Assembly: GCA_963667565.1 (NCBI GenBank)
Contig: OY763415.1
Coordinates: 1,024,001-1,088,000 of the forward strand
Origin: Acholeplasmataceae bacterium
GTDB taxonomy: Bacteria; Bacillota_I; Bacilli_A; Acholeplasmatales; Acholeplasmataceae
DNA length: 64,000 bases
Direction: 5' to 3'
Shown piece after piece: positions 30,564 to 40,841 of this stretch (the first letter of the stretch is position 1; every line of letters starts with the position of its first letter). The notes beneath the pieces are model-generated. The model did no database searches, was not told the DNA's origin, and was given only the letters and a program-made list of their open reading frames with translations. A program made the position numbers and the translations under genes.

Positions 30564-31895
30564 TTAGCTAGATAAACCTTGTAAAGTTCTATAGCTTTGT
30601 TCTGCATTAGAAACTGCAGTTGCAATTTCAACACCATTAATCCAAACATTTCTGATTAATGATTCAGCAGGACCCCAATAATTTTGAACAGCAGAGATTG
30701 TTGGCATTGGAATAGCATTTTCCAATTGTTGTGCTGTAGTCATTAATAATTGGTCATCACTTACACCTTCGATTTGTGCAATTAAATCAGCTTTAAGAGC
30801 TGGAAGTTTTGTCTTATATTCATATTGAATAGCCATAGCTTCATCTGAATTTAAGAACTCAACAAATTTAATAGCATCACTTGGGTTTTTAGCATATTTG
30901 TAAACAGCAGCCATGATTGCACCAGCATATGGTTTAGAAGCATTTCCATCAACTGATGGTAATACTGAAATACCTAAATCATCGCCTAATGCAGCTGTAT
31001 AAGTTGGATTCATCCAAGGACCAGCAATAATGTATGGAATTTTACCTGATTCAAAGTTTGCACCTTGACCATCAACATTATCATTACCACCAGTTACGAT
31101 TGGTTTAAGATCATCAACCATGAATGCTAAAGCATCTTGCATAGCTTGTGATTCAAAACCTACTGCAGATGGATCATCACCATTAGCACCAAATGGTCTA
31201 AAGCCAAATGATGAGAACATGAATTGATCAAAATAACTATCTGCCCAGTGTGATGAAGTTGTTAAATAATAGTAACCAGCTTCACCATTTGTTCTAGTAT
31301 CTGTAGAATCAGCATGAGTTGAAGCTACAGTAGCAGCATTCCAAGTTGCACCAGCAGTAAGAATTTCTTCTAATGTTGCAGGTACGCTTGAAACTAATGC
31401 CTTATTATAATACATTGTAACTGCTTCAATTGACATTGGTACAGCATATAAAGTATCTACACCATTTTCGTTAATTGTTGCAATATCAATACCCATTTGA
31501 TGCGCTCTTGAATCAATTAATTCTTGAGTATCAGTAGGAAGTGCATATAATAAACCTTCTGAATAAGCAGCAGCTAAGTGGTCATGTGGGAATTGGAATA
31601 CGTCAGCACCATTTCCTGAAGGACCAAAAGTTTTTAATTTTTCACGTGAGTCAACTGAACCCATATGAGTAAAGTGAACTACGATATTTGGATATTCTGC
31701 ATTAAATGCATCAATAATTGCAGCCATGTATTCGCCATCTTCATCATCAATCCAAACTGTGATTTCAGTTTTTTGAACTAATGATTGTGAGAAGTCAATT
31801 ACAACGCCACCAACTTCAACATTACCATCTTTATCACACGCAACTAAAGTGAACGCAGTAACAAGTACTAAAAATATTCTAAATAATTTTTTCAT
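30564..31895 (-). CDS. malE: Maltodextrin-binding lipoprotein (MalE/MalX type)
   Basis: Lipobox LVAC; GPSGNGADVFQFPHD, YYNKAL, IAGPW, PMPTI...YW. Confidence 0.85.
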   Translation of the reverse strand: MKKLFRIFLVLVTAFTLVACDKDGNVEVGGVVIDFSQSLVQKTEITVWIDDEDGEYMAAIIDAFNAEYPNIVVHFTHMGSVDSREKLKTFGPSGNGADVFQFPHDHLAAAYSEGLLYALPTDTQELIDSRAHQMGIDIATINENGVDTLYAVPMSIEAVTMYYNKALVSSVPATLEEILTAGATWNAATVASTHADSTDTRTNGEAGYYYLTTSSHWADSYFDQFMFSSFGFRPFGANGDDPSAVGFESQAMQDALAFMVDDLKPIVTGGNDNVDGQGANFESGKIPYIIAGPWMNPTYTAALGDDLGISVLPSVDGNASKPYAGAIMAAVYKYAKNPSDAIKFVEFLNSDEAMAIQYEYKTKLPALKADLIAQIEGVSDDQLLMTTAQQLENAIPMPTISAVQNYWGPAESLIRNVWINGVEIATAVSNAEQSYRTLQGLSS

Positions 31896-31908
31896 ATAAT
31901 TCACTCCT

Positions 31909-33435
31909 TTACGCTACACGGAAGATAAATGTAACTTGAGTCACATTACCCCATTTATCTGATACTTGAAGCATGATTGTATAATCACCAGCAACACCTG
32001 TATTAAGTGTTGAATTGTCTCCAGCAGGTACGAATACGAATGATGTTAAATCACCATCACGGTTATCAGTTGCTTGATAACGTGGGAACCATGATTGATT
32101 CCATTCTGAACCTAAAGCGATTTCGATCACTCTGTTTTCTGGATCTTGACCAACGATTGAAGTTGGAGAAGTGAAAGTGATTACTGGAGCTTCTGTATCC
32201 ATTGCTACCATTAAAGCAGCTTCTTTATTAGAGTCATCAGTTAATCCTAAATTGAATTGAACTTCATACATCTTAGTATTGTCTAATTTGTTAGCTTCAG
32301 CTAAAACGATAACGAAATCTTGGAATGTTGAATTGCTCTTAGCAAAGTCAACATGGTCAATTGCAACTTCACTACCATAAGTAGTTGGATTGCCATCGCC
32401 GTCAACAGCTGTAACTTCTACTAATGTAAACCATCCTTCAATTGTAACGACTGCAGCATCTTGTTCTGCTGTTGTAGTTGCAGCTGCGTAAGGATTGTTA
32501 ACGTTAGCACTAGTCTTAACAATAATTGCAAGTGGATTTGGAGCATAAGTTCCTGAATTTTCACTTGAATTGAACGCTACTAATCTAAAGCTAAATGCTT
32601 CAGTAAAGAAAGATGCAGGATCATTTGGATAGATGTTATCACCAGCAGTGTAAGCATCACCTTTAGATACAATCCATTGAGTACGTGCTTCACCAAGTAC
32701 TGGACTATCACCTAAAGCTGGATATGCATTAACATCACCAGTTTTCTTGTTTCCATCTGCGCCAGCATAAATTAATAAACCTGGAGTAGCATCGCTAGTT
32801 GGAGCAGTAGCAGTTGTAAGCATTGCTGCTTTAACTTCTGAGCCATCACTTGCAGTACCAACAGTCATAAATACTTGGTCTGGAGAACCCCAAACTGAAG
32901 TAATAGGACTTGAAATCCAGTTACCATCGCCATCTAATGTTTGGAAACCTGACCAACCATTCCAAGCATGAACACCAAGATTGTCTTCATATGTGTTTGA
33001 TGGATCATAGTAAACCATTAACATATTGTATTGAGTTGGATCAGCAACTAAATATTGGTTGTTCGCATTTTGGAATACATAAACATGAACAACTTCTCCT
33101 TCAACTAATGCTGAATCATCAATATTAACATCGCCAGTATGTTTAGCATTCCAGTCTTGTGAACCGTTAGCCCATTCTACTGCGATAAAACCAACTGTTG
33201 TACCCATAGCGACATCATCATATCTAAAATATACGCCAAAGTCATCAGTTCCGTCATAAGTTTCTTTTGGTGCAGCAGTACTTCCCCAAGCATGTGAGCC
33301 TAGATTAGTATAATCATTATCCCAGTTATGGAAATGAATCACTAAGTCTGCAGTACCAGTTCCAGCAGCATTAACACCAATTCCAACGAATAGTGCAACA
33401 ACCGCTAAGAAAAATACACTTAAAGCTTTCTTCAT
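31909..33435 (-). CDS. Secreted non-catalytic alpha-glucan-binding protein (two CBM41-like modules, Ig-like/DUF5011 C-terminus)
   Basis: Signal peptide ending VNA. LVIHFHNWDNDY..HAWG..DDFGVYF resembles the N-terminus of the neighbouring pullulanase; second module VYYDP..GVHAW; DTEAPVI..ATDNRDGDLT..GDYTI..SDKWGN. No GH13 motifs. Confidence 0.6.
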   Translation of the reverse strand: MKKALSVFFLAVVALFVGIGVNAAGTGTADLVIHFHNWDNDYTNLGSHAWGSTAAPKETYDGTDDFGVYFRYDDVAMGTTVGFIAVEWANGSQDWNAKHTGDVNIDDSALVEGEVVHVYVFQNANNQYLVADPTQYNMLMVYYDPSNTYEDNLGVHAWNGWSGFQTLDGDGNWISSPITSVWGSPDQVFMTVGTASDGSEVKAAMLTTATAPTSDATPGLLIYAGADGNKKTGDVNAYPALGDSPVLGEARTQWIVSKGDAYTAGDNIYPNDPASFFTEAFSFRLVAFNSSENSGTYAPNPLAIIVKTSANVNNPYAAATTTAEQDAAVVTIEGWFTLVEVTAVDGDGNPTTYGSEVAIDHVDFAKSNSTFQDFVIVLAEANKLDNTKMYEVQFNLGLTDDSNKEAALMVAMDTEAPVITFTSPTSIVGQDPENRVIEIALGSEWNQSWFPRYQATDNRDGDLTSFVFVPAGDNSTLNTGVAGDYTIMLQVSDKWGNVTQVTFIFRVA

Positions 33436-33499
33436 TTTTTTCCTCCTAAAAATTTATGTATCGACGTTGTCGTCATTTACAATGTAATTATATCATAGA

Positions 33500-33557
33500 T
33501 GTAAACGCTTTACTGTAAAAACGTTATGCAACCGATACCATTTTGAAATCGCTATCA
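33500..33557. promoter_or_regulatory. Three LacI-family/cre-like operators in a divergent promoter
   Basis: TGTAAACGCTTTAC (33500), TGCAACCGATACCA (33527), TGAAATCGCTATCA (33544). Confidence 0.65.
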
Positions 33558-33600
33558 TTATTCTATCATTTATGATATATTTTTTTTAGGAGGCGACTTT

Positions 33601-36375
33601 ATGAAAAAAATATTATTTGCAATTTTACTATTACTTACAGCCACGACTACCATGGTTGTAGTCAACGCTGATACTGTAGCTACTAAACTGATTGTTCACT
33701 ATTTCAGATACGAAGGTGACTATACAGGTTGGGATGCTTGGATTTGGGATGAAAAAGGTGCGACAGATGAGGATACTTTAGACATCCTTTTTGATCAAAC
33801 TGATGCATGGGGTGCATATTTTGAATTAGACCTTGATGCAACTACAGGTTATGATAACGCAACTCAAGTTGGGATTATCTTAAGAAAAGGCAGTTGGGAT
33901 ATAAGAGAGTTCTCGTATGATAGATATATTGATCTAACAACTGCTGATGTGAACGCACAAGGTGAAATTCATGCTTATCTTGTTCAAGGTGATGAACAAA
34001 TTGGTACAACAAATGCTGATTTATTGAATAACATCCCTGATAAAAGAAACAGAATTTTATATGCAGGTTTCAATGATAATTTAGATGTCACTGTTTCACT
34101 AACAACACCAGCGACTTCTTATGTTGTTAATGAATCTGGTAATCAAGTGATATCATCTTCTTCAGCTAATAAAGATTTCACCATTTCAATGAGTGGTGTT
34201 GATATCGCAAAGACTTACACAATTACTGCTGTATTTGCTGATGTCACAAGAACGATCACAATATCTAAAGAAAAAGTATATGATACTGATGCATTCCAAA
34301 ATGCATATACATATACAGGTGAATTAGGTGTCATTTATAGCAAACAATCAACAACATTCAGATTATGGGCACCTTTAAGTGATAATGTTGCAGTGAATAT
34401 ATATGAATATAATAATGCGCATTATGACAACGATGGCACTTATCGAGCAACTGCAGATCTCCCATTATCTACGACAAACCTTACACAAATTGAAAATGGT
34501 GCATGGGAAATAACCTTAAACGGTGATTTTGCAGGCAAGTATTATACATTTGATGTCACAAATGATGGAGCAACCAATGAAGTTGTCGACCCTTATGCCT
34601 ATTCTACAGGTGTCAACGGTGAAAGAGGTATGATCGTTGATTTTGATGCAACTGATCCAATTAATTGGGTTGAGAATTATCGTCCAAACACCATTCTTAA
34701 TATGACAGATTACACAGTCTATGAATTACATGTTAGAGATTTAACAACACATAGTTCTTGGGATGGTAATGATGCTTATAGAGGTAAGTTCTTAGGACTT
34801 AGCGAATCAGGCACAACTTATACTGAAGGTGACGTCACAGTAACAACCGGTCTAGATCATATAGATGAACTTGGTGTGAATGCTGTTCAATTACTTCCAA
34901 TATTTGATTTTGGTTATGTCGATGAAACAAGAGTTGATGATCCTAATTATGATGCTTTTAATTGGGGTTACATGCCAATAAATTTTAATACATTAGAAGG
35001 TAGTTATTCAACTAATCCTTATGATGGCTATTCAAGAATTACAGAATTTAAAACTGCTGTTCAAGCTTTTCATGATGATGATATTAGAGTCATTATGGAT
35101 GTTGTTTACAACCATACTGGTTTATCTGGAGATTCTAACTTTAATTTAATTCTTCCTGGTTATTATCATAGAATGAATTCTGATGGATCATTTAGCAATG
35201 GTTCTGGTACTGGTAATGAAACTGCTTCTGAAAGACCAATGATGAGAAAACTCATGGTTGACTCAACAACTTTCTTAGCTACTGAATATAATTTATCAGG
35301 ATTTAGATTTGACTTAATGGCACTTCATGATGTTCAAACCATGGATGCGATTAGAGCTGCTATGAATGAAATTGATCCAACGATTGTTCTATATGGTGAA
35401 CCTTGGACTGGTGGTACTTCTCCTTTAGCAAGTAATCTAGCTGCAGGTAGAGACAACATTCAAAATTTAGATGGCGTTGGTGCATTTAGTGATACAACAA
35501 GAAATGGTATTAAAGGCTCAGTGTTCCAAGCTGCTGAAGGCGGATGGATTCAAGCACAAAGTACTACTGATATTTCTTATTTGAAATCAGAAGTTGAATA
35601 TGGTATTAGTGGAGGAACTTCTTGGTCACAAGGTACTGCTTGGCATCTTGATCCAAATAAAATTGTCAATTATGTTTCTGCACATGACAACCATACACTT
35701 TATGATAAGTTAAAATTATCTGGAATTAGTCGAACACAAATCCCTTACTTGCAACAACAAGCAAATGCAATCGTATTAACTTCTCAAGGTATTCCATTCC
35801 TACATGCTGGTGTTGAAATCATGAGAACAAAACAAAATGATGATAACTCATATCAATCAGGTGATGCAATTAATCAACTTGATTGGTCAAGAAAAATTGA
35901 TTACTTAAATGTATTTAATTATTATAAAGGTATGATTGAATTAAGATCCATTTATGAAAACTTTAGAATGGGTAGCGCAGATGAAATTGCTGCTAACTTA
36001 ACATTCTATCAAACAGACGATTATACAATCGCATTTAAGATTACTGGACAAAGAGCAACTGTCATTGTGATTAGCGTTTCATATGCTCCTGAAGGATTTA
36101 GTTCAGTTGAACTTGGTGACTCTCAAACATATTATGTATTAAGTACACATGATAATGTAGATTTAACAGGTTTTGATAAGATAACAAGTGGTACTGCCTA
36201 TGTTCCAAGTAACACAACAATGGTATTAACAAATACTGTATTAACAGAACCTATCAATATCAATCCTGAACCTGAACAATCAAATAACATTTGGTTATTC
36301 ATCGGTATTGGGGCTGTTGCTGTTGCAGCTGCTGCAGTCGTTTCAGTGATTATTCTAAAGAAAAAATCAGCATAA
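33601..36375 (+). CDS. pulA: Extracellular membrane-anchored type I pullulanase (CBM41-like, CBM48, GH13)
   Basis: Signal peptide; FRLWAP, FNWGYMP, MDVVYNH, GFRFDLM, YGEPW, YVSAHDN; C-terminal TM plus KKK and no LPXTG. Confidence 0.92.
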   Translation: MKKILFAILLLLTATTTMVVVNADTVATKLIVHYFRYEGDYTGWDAWIWDEKGATDEDTLDILFDQTDAWGAYFELDLDATTGYDNATQVGIILRKGSWDIREFSYDRYIDLTTADVNAQGEIHAYLVQGDEQIGTTNADLLNNIPDKRNRILYAGFNDNLDVTVSLTTPATSYVVNESGNQVISSSSANKDFTISMSGVDIAKTYTITAVFADVTRTITISKEKVYDTDAFQNAYTYTGELGVIYSKQSTTFRLWAPLSDNVAVNIYEYNNAHYDNDGTYRATADLPLSTTNLTQIENGAWEITLNGDFAGKYYTFDVTNDGATNEVVDPYAYSTGVNGERGMIVDFDATDPINWVENYRPNTILNMTDYTVYELHVRDLTTHSSWDGNDAYRGKFLGLSESGTTYTEGDVTVTTGLDHIDELGVNAVQLLPIFDFGYVDETRVDDPNYDAFNWGYMPINFNTLEGSYSTNPYDGYSRITEFKTAVQAFHDDDIRVIMDVVYNHTGLSGDSNFNLILPGYYHRMNSDGSFSNGSGTGNETASERPMMRKLMVDSTTFLATEYNLSGFRFDLMALHDVQTMDAIRAAMNEIDPTIVLYGEPWTGGTSPLASNLAAGRDNIQNLDGVGAFSDTTRNGIKGSVFQAAEGGWIQAQSTTDISYLKSEVEYGISGGTSWSQGTAWHLDPNKIVNYVSAHDNHTLYDKLKLSGISRTQIPYLQQQANAIVLTSQGIPFLHAGVEIMRTKQNDDNSYQSGDAINQLDWSRKIDYLNVFNYYKGMIELRSIYENFRMGSADEIAANLTFYQTDDYTIAFKITGQRATVIVISVSYAPEGFSSVELGDSQTYYVLSTHDNVDLTGFDKITSGTAYVPSNTTMVLTNTVLTEPININPEPEQSNNIWLFIGIGAVAVAAAAVVSVIILKKKSA

Positions 36376-36377
36376 AG

Positions 36378-36404
36378 AAAAGGCCTAATTTATAGGCCTT
36401 TTTT
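36378..36404. terminator. Bidirectional terminator
   Basis: AAAAGGCCTA-loop-TAGGCCTTTT. Confidence 0.8.
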
Positions 36405-36405
36405 A

Positions 36406-37218
36406 TTATCCATTAAAATGATATTTGCCAAACTTCATCATTACAAGCATCGTAATCATACCCATACCAAATTGTACTATAAATGGCGTCAGAGAATCCA
36501 TGAAGAATCCTACAATAAAGCCAATAATAACAGGTATAGGAAGTGTGAACACAAGCATCTTTAAACCCTCAAAATAAGTCATAAAATATGAGTGTCCAAA
36601 TCGAAACATTTGTAATATTAAACCAAGTACTACAATGAGTATCATCGTTGTTAATAGTTGTACACCTGTATATGTCAATAATGAATATAAGATGATATAT
36701 TGACTAAAACCTGCTTCAATGTTTGATGCAAATAACATCATATTCGATTGCCAATTAGACGCATCTAACATCACCGAATCAAAATCATAGACTTCACTAA
36801 ATCCACGATAACTACCAACCAGTTGATGACCTTCACTATCGATATAAATGATTTCATCTTGTTTTAATAAGACTTGTTGTAAGTCTGTTGTATGTTCACT
36901 TTGCGCATTAAACACAAACATATAATCACCATAGTAAATGATGTGTTCTAAGTCATCACTTGTTTCTAATCCATAATAATGAATTGACATATGGCTTGGA
37001 AGTTCAAATGTTTGAAAAGCTGGTGTCTCTTGTTTAAATGATTCTTCAACAAATGAGATGGCCCAACCTTCATTAACTACAATCGTGTAAACATGTGGAA
37101 GATTACTAAGTAGTATTAATAAAATAAAGAAAATAAATACTTTGATAAACGGTTCTTTTCTTTTCCCAATGATATTAGGAAAATCAAACGCATATTTAAA
37201 ATAATTAACTAAAAACAT
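36406..37218 (-). CDS. DUF1189/MalA-like membrane protein
   Basis: One TM, loop, three TMs; coupled to the amylase lipoprotein gene. Streptococcal malA-like proteins occupy similar loci. Confidence 0.55.
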   Translation of the reverse strand: MFLVNYFKYAFDFPNIIGKRKEPFIKVFIFFILLILLSNLPHVYTIVVNEGWAISFVEESFKQETPAFQTFELPSHMSIHYYGLETSDDLEHIIYYGDYMFVFNAQSEHTTDLQQVLLKQDEIIYIDSEGHQLVGSYRGFSEVYDFDSVMLDASNWQSNMMLFASNIEAGFSQYIILYSLLTYTGVQLLTTMILIVVLGLILQMFRFGHSYFMTYFEGLKMLVFTLPIPVIIGFIVGFFMDSLTPFIVQFGMGMITMLVMMKFGKYHFNG

Positions 37219-38741
37219 TAGATATAATCACCAACTAAATCTGGATTAATTGTCACTATTAATGTACTATATGCTGGCATATCAAGTGAACCATAAATAA
37301 GTGTTTCATAGTTCAAATCAGTGATTTGATATGTTGTTGATGAAAAGTTATGGATGATTAAAATCGCTTCATTTACTGTGTCATATTGATATGATCTAAT
37401 AAATCCTTGGATTTTATTATCATTACCTTTATATAAATCAAATGCGTTACCATACATTAAAGCAGGATGCGCTTTTCTAATCGCAATCATTTCTTTATAT
37501 TGACTGAGTAGTGAATTTGGATCATCAAGTTGTTCACTCACTGTTTTAAGTCCTGTGTTAAATCCATATTCTGGTAACCAACTCGTTGTATAATCATTTC
37601 CCCATAACAATGCTGAACGTCTATATTCATCATAAATAGTTGTATCATATCCTGAGATATTTAAGCCTTCAAAACGTGTACCTTTCAATCCTATTTCATC
37701 ACCATAATAAATAATTGGTGAGCCTGGAAGTGTTAATAAAACATTTGCAGATAATAATAATTTTTGGTCTAAATAATCACCACTGATTGATGATGCAGTT
37801 CGATCTTGATCATGGTTTCTTAAAAATGGTGTATCTACAAATTCGCTATTATATTCACTGTATGCTTCGTAAGTGTTTTGAACTCTTCTTGCAAAGAAAC
37901 TAATTTCTGAACCAGAAAGTGATGTAATCATTTTTTCTGATGCATAGAAATTGAATGCTGAATCAGAAGCTTGAAAATAAGGAGCTACCATATCAAAAGA
38001 TGTATCATATACTTCTGAAACTAAAAAACTATCCTCATTAATGGCTTTAATATAAGCATTAAGTTGTGCAATAAATATGATATTATCAGCAACACTGCCA
38101 TTATTGATATCTTTAATCATAAAGTGTTGCGCAGCATCTAATCTAAATCCTGTAACACCCATGGCCATATAAAAATCGATAATATGATGAATTTCTTCAA
38201 CAACAGCTGGACTCTTTAAATTGAGGTCAACCATCCCACCAACGAAACTTGAATATGCTTGATCATTGCTTGTCCATAAATAGTAATCTCTATATGGACT
38301 TGCTGTATCATATCTTGATTGTGTATACCATGGATTTTGATCCGATGTATGATTAATCACCAAATCCATCATGATTTTAATACCTTTTTGATGAGCAGCA
38401 TCAATTAAGGTTTGAAAATCATCCATCGTTCCATAGTCTGATTCAACAGCATAATAGTCAGTCACGCTGTATCCATGATATGATGGTCCTTCATTGACGG
38501 GCATTAACCAAAGGGCAGTAATACCTAGATTTTGCAAATAATCTAGATTTTCAGTGACCCCATTAAAGTCACCAATACCATCACCATCACTATCAGCAAA
38601 TGATCTCACAAATAATTCATAGTAAACGTCATTTTTAGGGTTAACTGCACTTAAATCTACTGTTGGTTCTTCTTTTTTACATGAAGCTAAAGAAACCAAT
38701 ACCATAAACAATAGGGCGATGACGACTAATTTTCTTTTCAT
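37218..38741 (-). CDS. Alpha-amylase-family lipoprotein (GH13)
   Basis: Lipobox LASC; YELFVRSF, SYHGY, DLVINHTS, GFRLDAA, NHDQDR. Confidence 0.9.
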   Translation of the reverse strand: MKRKLVVIALLFMVLVSLASCKKEEPTVDLSAVNPKNDVYYELFVRSFADSDGDGIGDFNGVTENLDYLQNLGITALWLMPVNEGPSYHGYSVTDYYAVESDYGTMDDFQTLIDAAHQKGIKIMMDLVINHTSDQNPWYTQSRYDTASPYRDYYLWTSNDQAYSSFVGGMVDLNLKSPAVVEEIHHIIDFYMAMGVTGFRLDAAQHFMIKDINNGSVADNIIFIAQLNAYIKAINEDSFLVSEVYDTSFDMVAPYFQASDSAFNFYASEKMITSLSGSEISFFARRVQNTYEAYSEYNSEFVDTPFLRNHDQDRTASSISGDYLDQKLLLSANVLLTLPGSPIIYYGDEIGLKGTRFEGLNISGYDTTIYDEYRRSALLWGNDYTTSWLPEYGFNTGLKTVSEQLDDPNSLLSQYKEMIAIRKAHPALMYGNAFDLYKGNDNKIQGFIRSYQYDTVNEAILIIHNFSSTTYQITDLNYETLIYGSLDMPAYSTLIVTINPDLVGDYI

Positions 38742-39184
38742 TATAATCCTCTTTTTCTTAAACTTTCACTTGTTCCTAAAACGTTGTTATTAATTCTTTC
38801 TGGAGAAAGATCAATGACTTTAGTTTTAAAAATATAATCGTGAATTGTTCGACTTGTTTTATCAGACATGACGAAGAAAGCAATCACTAGATAAATACCA
38901 AATGTTACAATACTTAATCCAACTTTAAATAAATCTCTTAACAATATTTTCCAAAGTGGTGCATTACTATCATCAACATTCACAATTTTAATTTTTTGCG
39001 TTCTTTTTCCAAATGTTTGTCCATTTGATATCAGATATGGTAAAAAATAAAAGATAAACACTGAACTAATCGCCACATATTGAGCAATTGTTTGTCCAAG
39101 TGGAATAGATAAAATTAATAGTAAAGTGACACCTGAAGTGTCAATTGCAAACGCTCTAACGCGTTTTTCAAATGATGGAACCAT
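38741..39184 (-). CDS. RDD-family membrane protein
   Basis: KRVRAFAID, GQTFGKR, RTIHDYIFKTKV. Confidence 0.85.
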   Translation of the reverse strand: MVPSFEKRVRAFAIDTSGVTLLLILSIPLGQTIAQYVAISSVFIFYFLPYLISNGQTFGKRTQKIKIVNVDDSNAPLWKILLRDLFKVGLSIVTFGIYLVIAFFVMSDKTSRTIHDYIFKTKVIDLSPERINNNVLGTSESLRKRGL

Positions 39185-39235
39185 CGGACTTACCTCGTTT
39201 CGTCTTATGTTTTCATTATATCATAATGATATTGA

Positions 39236-39249
39236 TGGAAACGTTTGCA
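39236..39249. promoter_or_regulatory. LacI-family/cre-like operator TGGAAACGTTTGCA
   Basis: Near-perfect palindrome upstream of the RDD-amylase-DUF1189 operon. Confidence 0.65.
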
Positions 39250-39267
39250 TTATCTAAACAACCATGC

Positions 39268-40752
39268 TTATTCTGTAAATGTAATTGGATTATCTAAATA
39301 GAAATATGAATAAGTCAAAGCCATATTTCTTAAAGCATCTTCTAAAACATCTCTTAATAAAATACCGGTAGCATCAATTTGATTTCCATAGATAAATGGG
39401 TAATATTCTTTATCAAAAACGTAATCATTGGTTGCTACTAAATAATAAGTATCATCCTCAAAGTTAGTAACATTAGTATCATAATAACTACCATCGGATG
39501 TTGTCATGAATGATTTTACATCACTACCTTTTAAATATACTGTTTTAATGACATTATCAAATGGGAATATTTCATATAGTGTGGCAACAGTCACTTCTTG
39601 ATGATAATCAACAGATGTTCTTGTTCCTCCATAATTATGAAATGCAATATCTGCACCCGTTTTTAATCTCATTAATTTTGCCATATACGTAGTTAAATCT
39701 CCTCTGGACATTGATTCTCCAGTTGTGATAATAGTTTCATTTAATAACGGTTCAATTTGTGTGACATAAGTATCTATCTTATCTGCAACATCTTGATTTG
39801 GTGAATTAAGCAAAATTTCGTTAGTTTGATTTAGATTTTTTGCAGTTACATCAGTAATTAATCCATCAGCAATTGTAAAATGTACATTACCAACATTTTC
39901 ACCATTAGCACCTGATTGAACAACATAACATGTTTGTGGGTCTCTGTCAAATGAATCAACATAAGTGTAGTGAGAGTGTCCATTAAAAATGACATCTACA
40001 TACGAATTTCCCTCTAATGCTGATACTTGTTGATTATATCCATCAGAATCATCATGATCAATAGCTATAACCATATCCACTTGTTCAACAGTTCTTAAAT
40101 ATTCTGCATAATATCCTGTCCAATAAGCTGCATCATCAAAATAATAAGGATCAATCATAGCTGTTGCGATACTACTTTCAATGTTTGTACCGACAACACC
40201 AATCACACCAATTTTTAAATCACCTTTTTGTATAATTGCATATGCATCAACACCTTCTGGTCGATCATATGTGCCATCATAAAATACATTAGCTCCTAAA
40301 AGTGGAAAATTAGCTTTTACATCTGATTGGACATCATCTCTAAAATACTTAGTGACAGTTTCTAAACCCCAATCAAACTCATGATTTCCTAGTACGAAAA
40401 CATCAAGTTGCATTTCATTTAAGATATCAATAGTTGATGCTCCATAAAAATAATTTGATAAAACATTACCTTGTAGAATATCGCCACCTGCTAAAAATAA
40501 TGTTTCATTCGGATTTGCTTGTTTTTGAGTAAGAACTAGATTCCCAATGTTTGCTAATCCCATTTGCTCGCTATTTTGCAAAATAGCACCATGTGTATCG
40601 TTAATGTAGTAAAGATCTAAATGATCCATCACATCAACAGTATTTTGATTGTCATCACCATCAGTGTTATCAGTTGGTGTGGTTATTGGATCACATGCTG
40701 CCAATGATACAATCAAAATAAATGTTAAAAAAATTGATATTATTTTTTTCAT
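39268..40752 (-). CDS. 5'-nucleotidase / metallophosphoesterase lipoprotein
   Basis: Lipobox LAAC; NDTHG, GDILQG, GNHEFD, GHSH, PFDN. Confidence 0.9.
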   Translation of the reverse strand: MKKIISIFLTFILIVSLAACDPITTPTDNTDGDDNQNTVDVMDHLDLYYINDTHGAILQNSEQMGLANIGNLVLTQKQANPNETLFLAGGDILQGNVLSNYFYGASTIDILNEMQLDVFVLGNHEFDWGLETVTKYFRDDVQSDVKANFPLLGANVFYDGTYDRPEGVDAYAIIQKGDLKIGVIGVVGTNIESSIATAMIDPYYFDDAAYWTGYYAEYLRTVEQVDMVIAIDHDDSDGYNQQVSALEGNSYVDVIFNGHSHYTYVDSFDRDPQTCYVVQSGANGENVGNVHFTIADGLITDVTAKNLNQTNEILLNSPNQDVADKIDTYVTQIEPLLNETIITTGESMSRGDLTTYMAKLMRLKTGADIAFHNYGGTRTSVDYHQEVTVATLYEIFPFDNVIKTVYLKGSDVKSFMTTSDGSYYDTNVTNFEDDTYYLVATNDYVFDKEYYPFIYGNQIDATGILLRDVLEDALRNMALTYSYFYLDNPITFTE

Positions 40753-40841
40753 TGTTTCTTACCTACTTTCGCATTCATTATTATAACATAGAGATGTTAT
40801 AAAATATATATGTGTGCTATAATATCAACGAATGAGGTGAC

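Noticed and set aside
26461..31895. No ATPase gene in the maltodextrin ABC operon
   Set aside because: Normal in Bacillota, where a shared MsmX/MsmK ATPase is encoded elsewhere.
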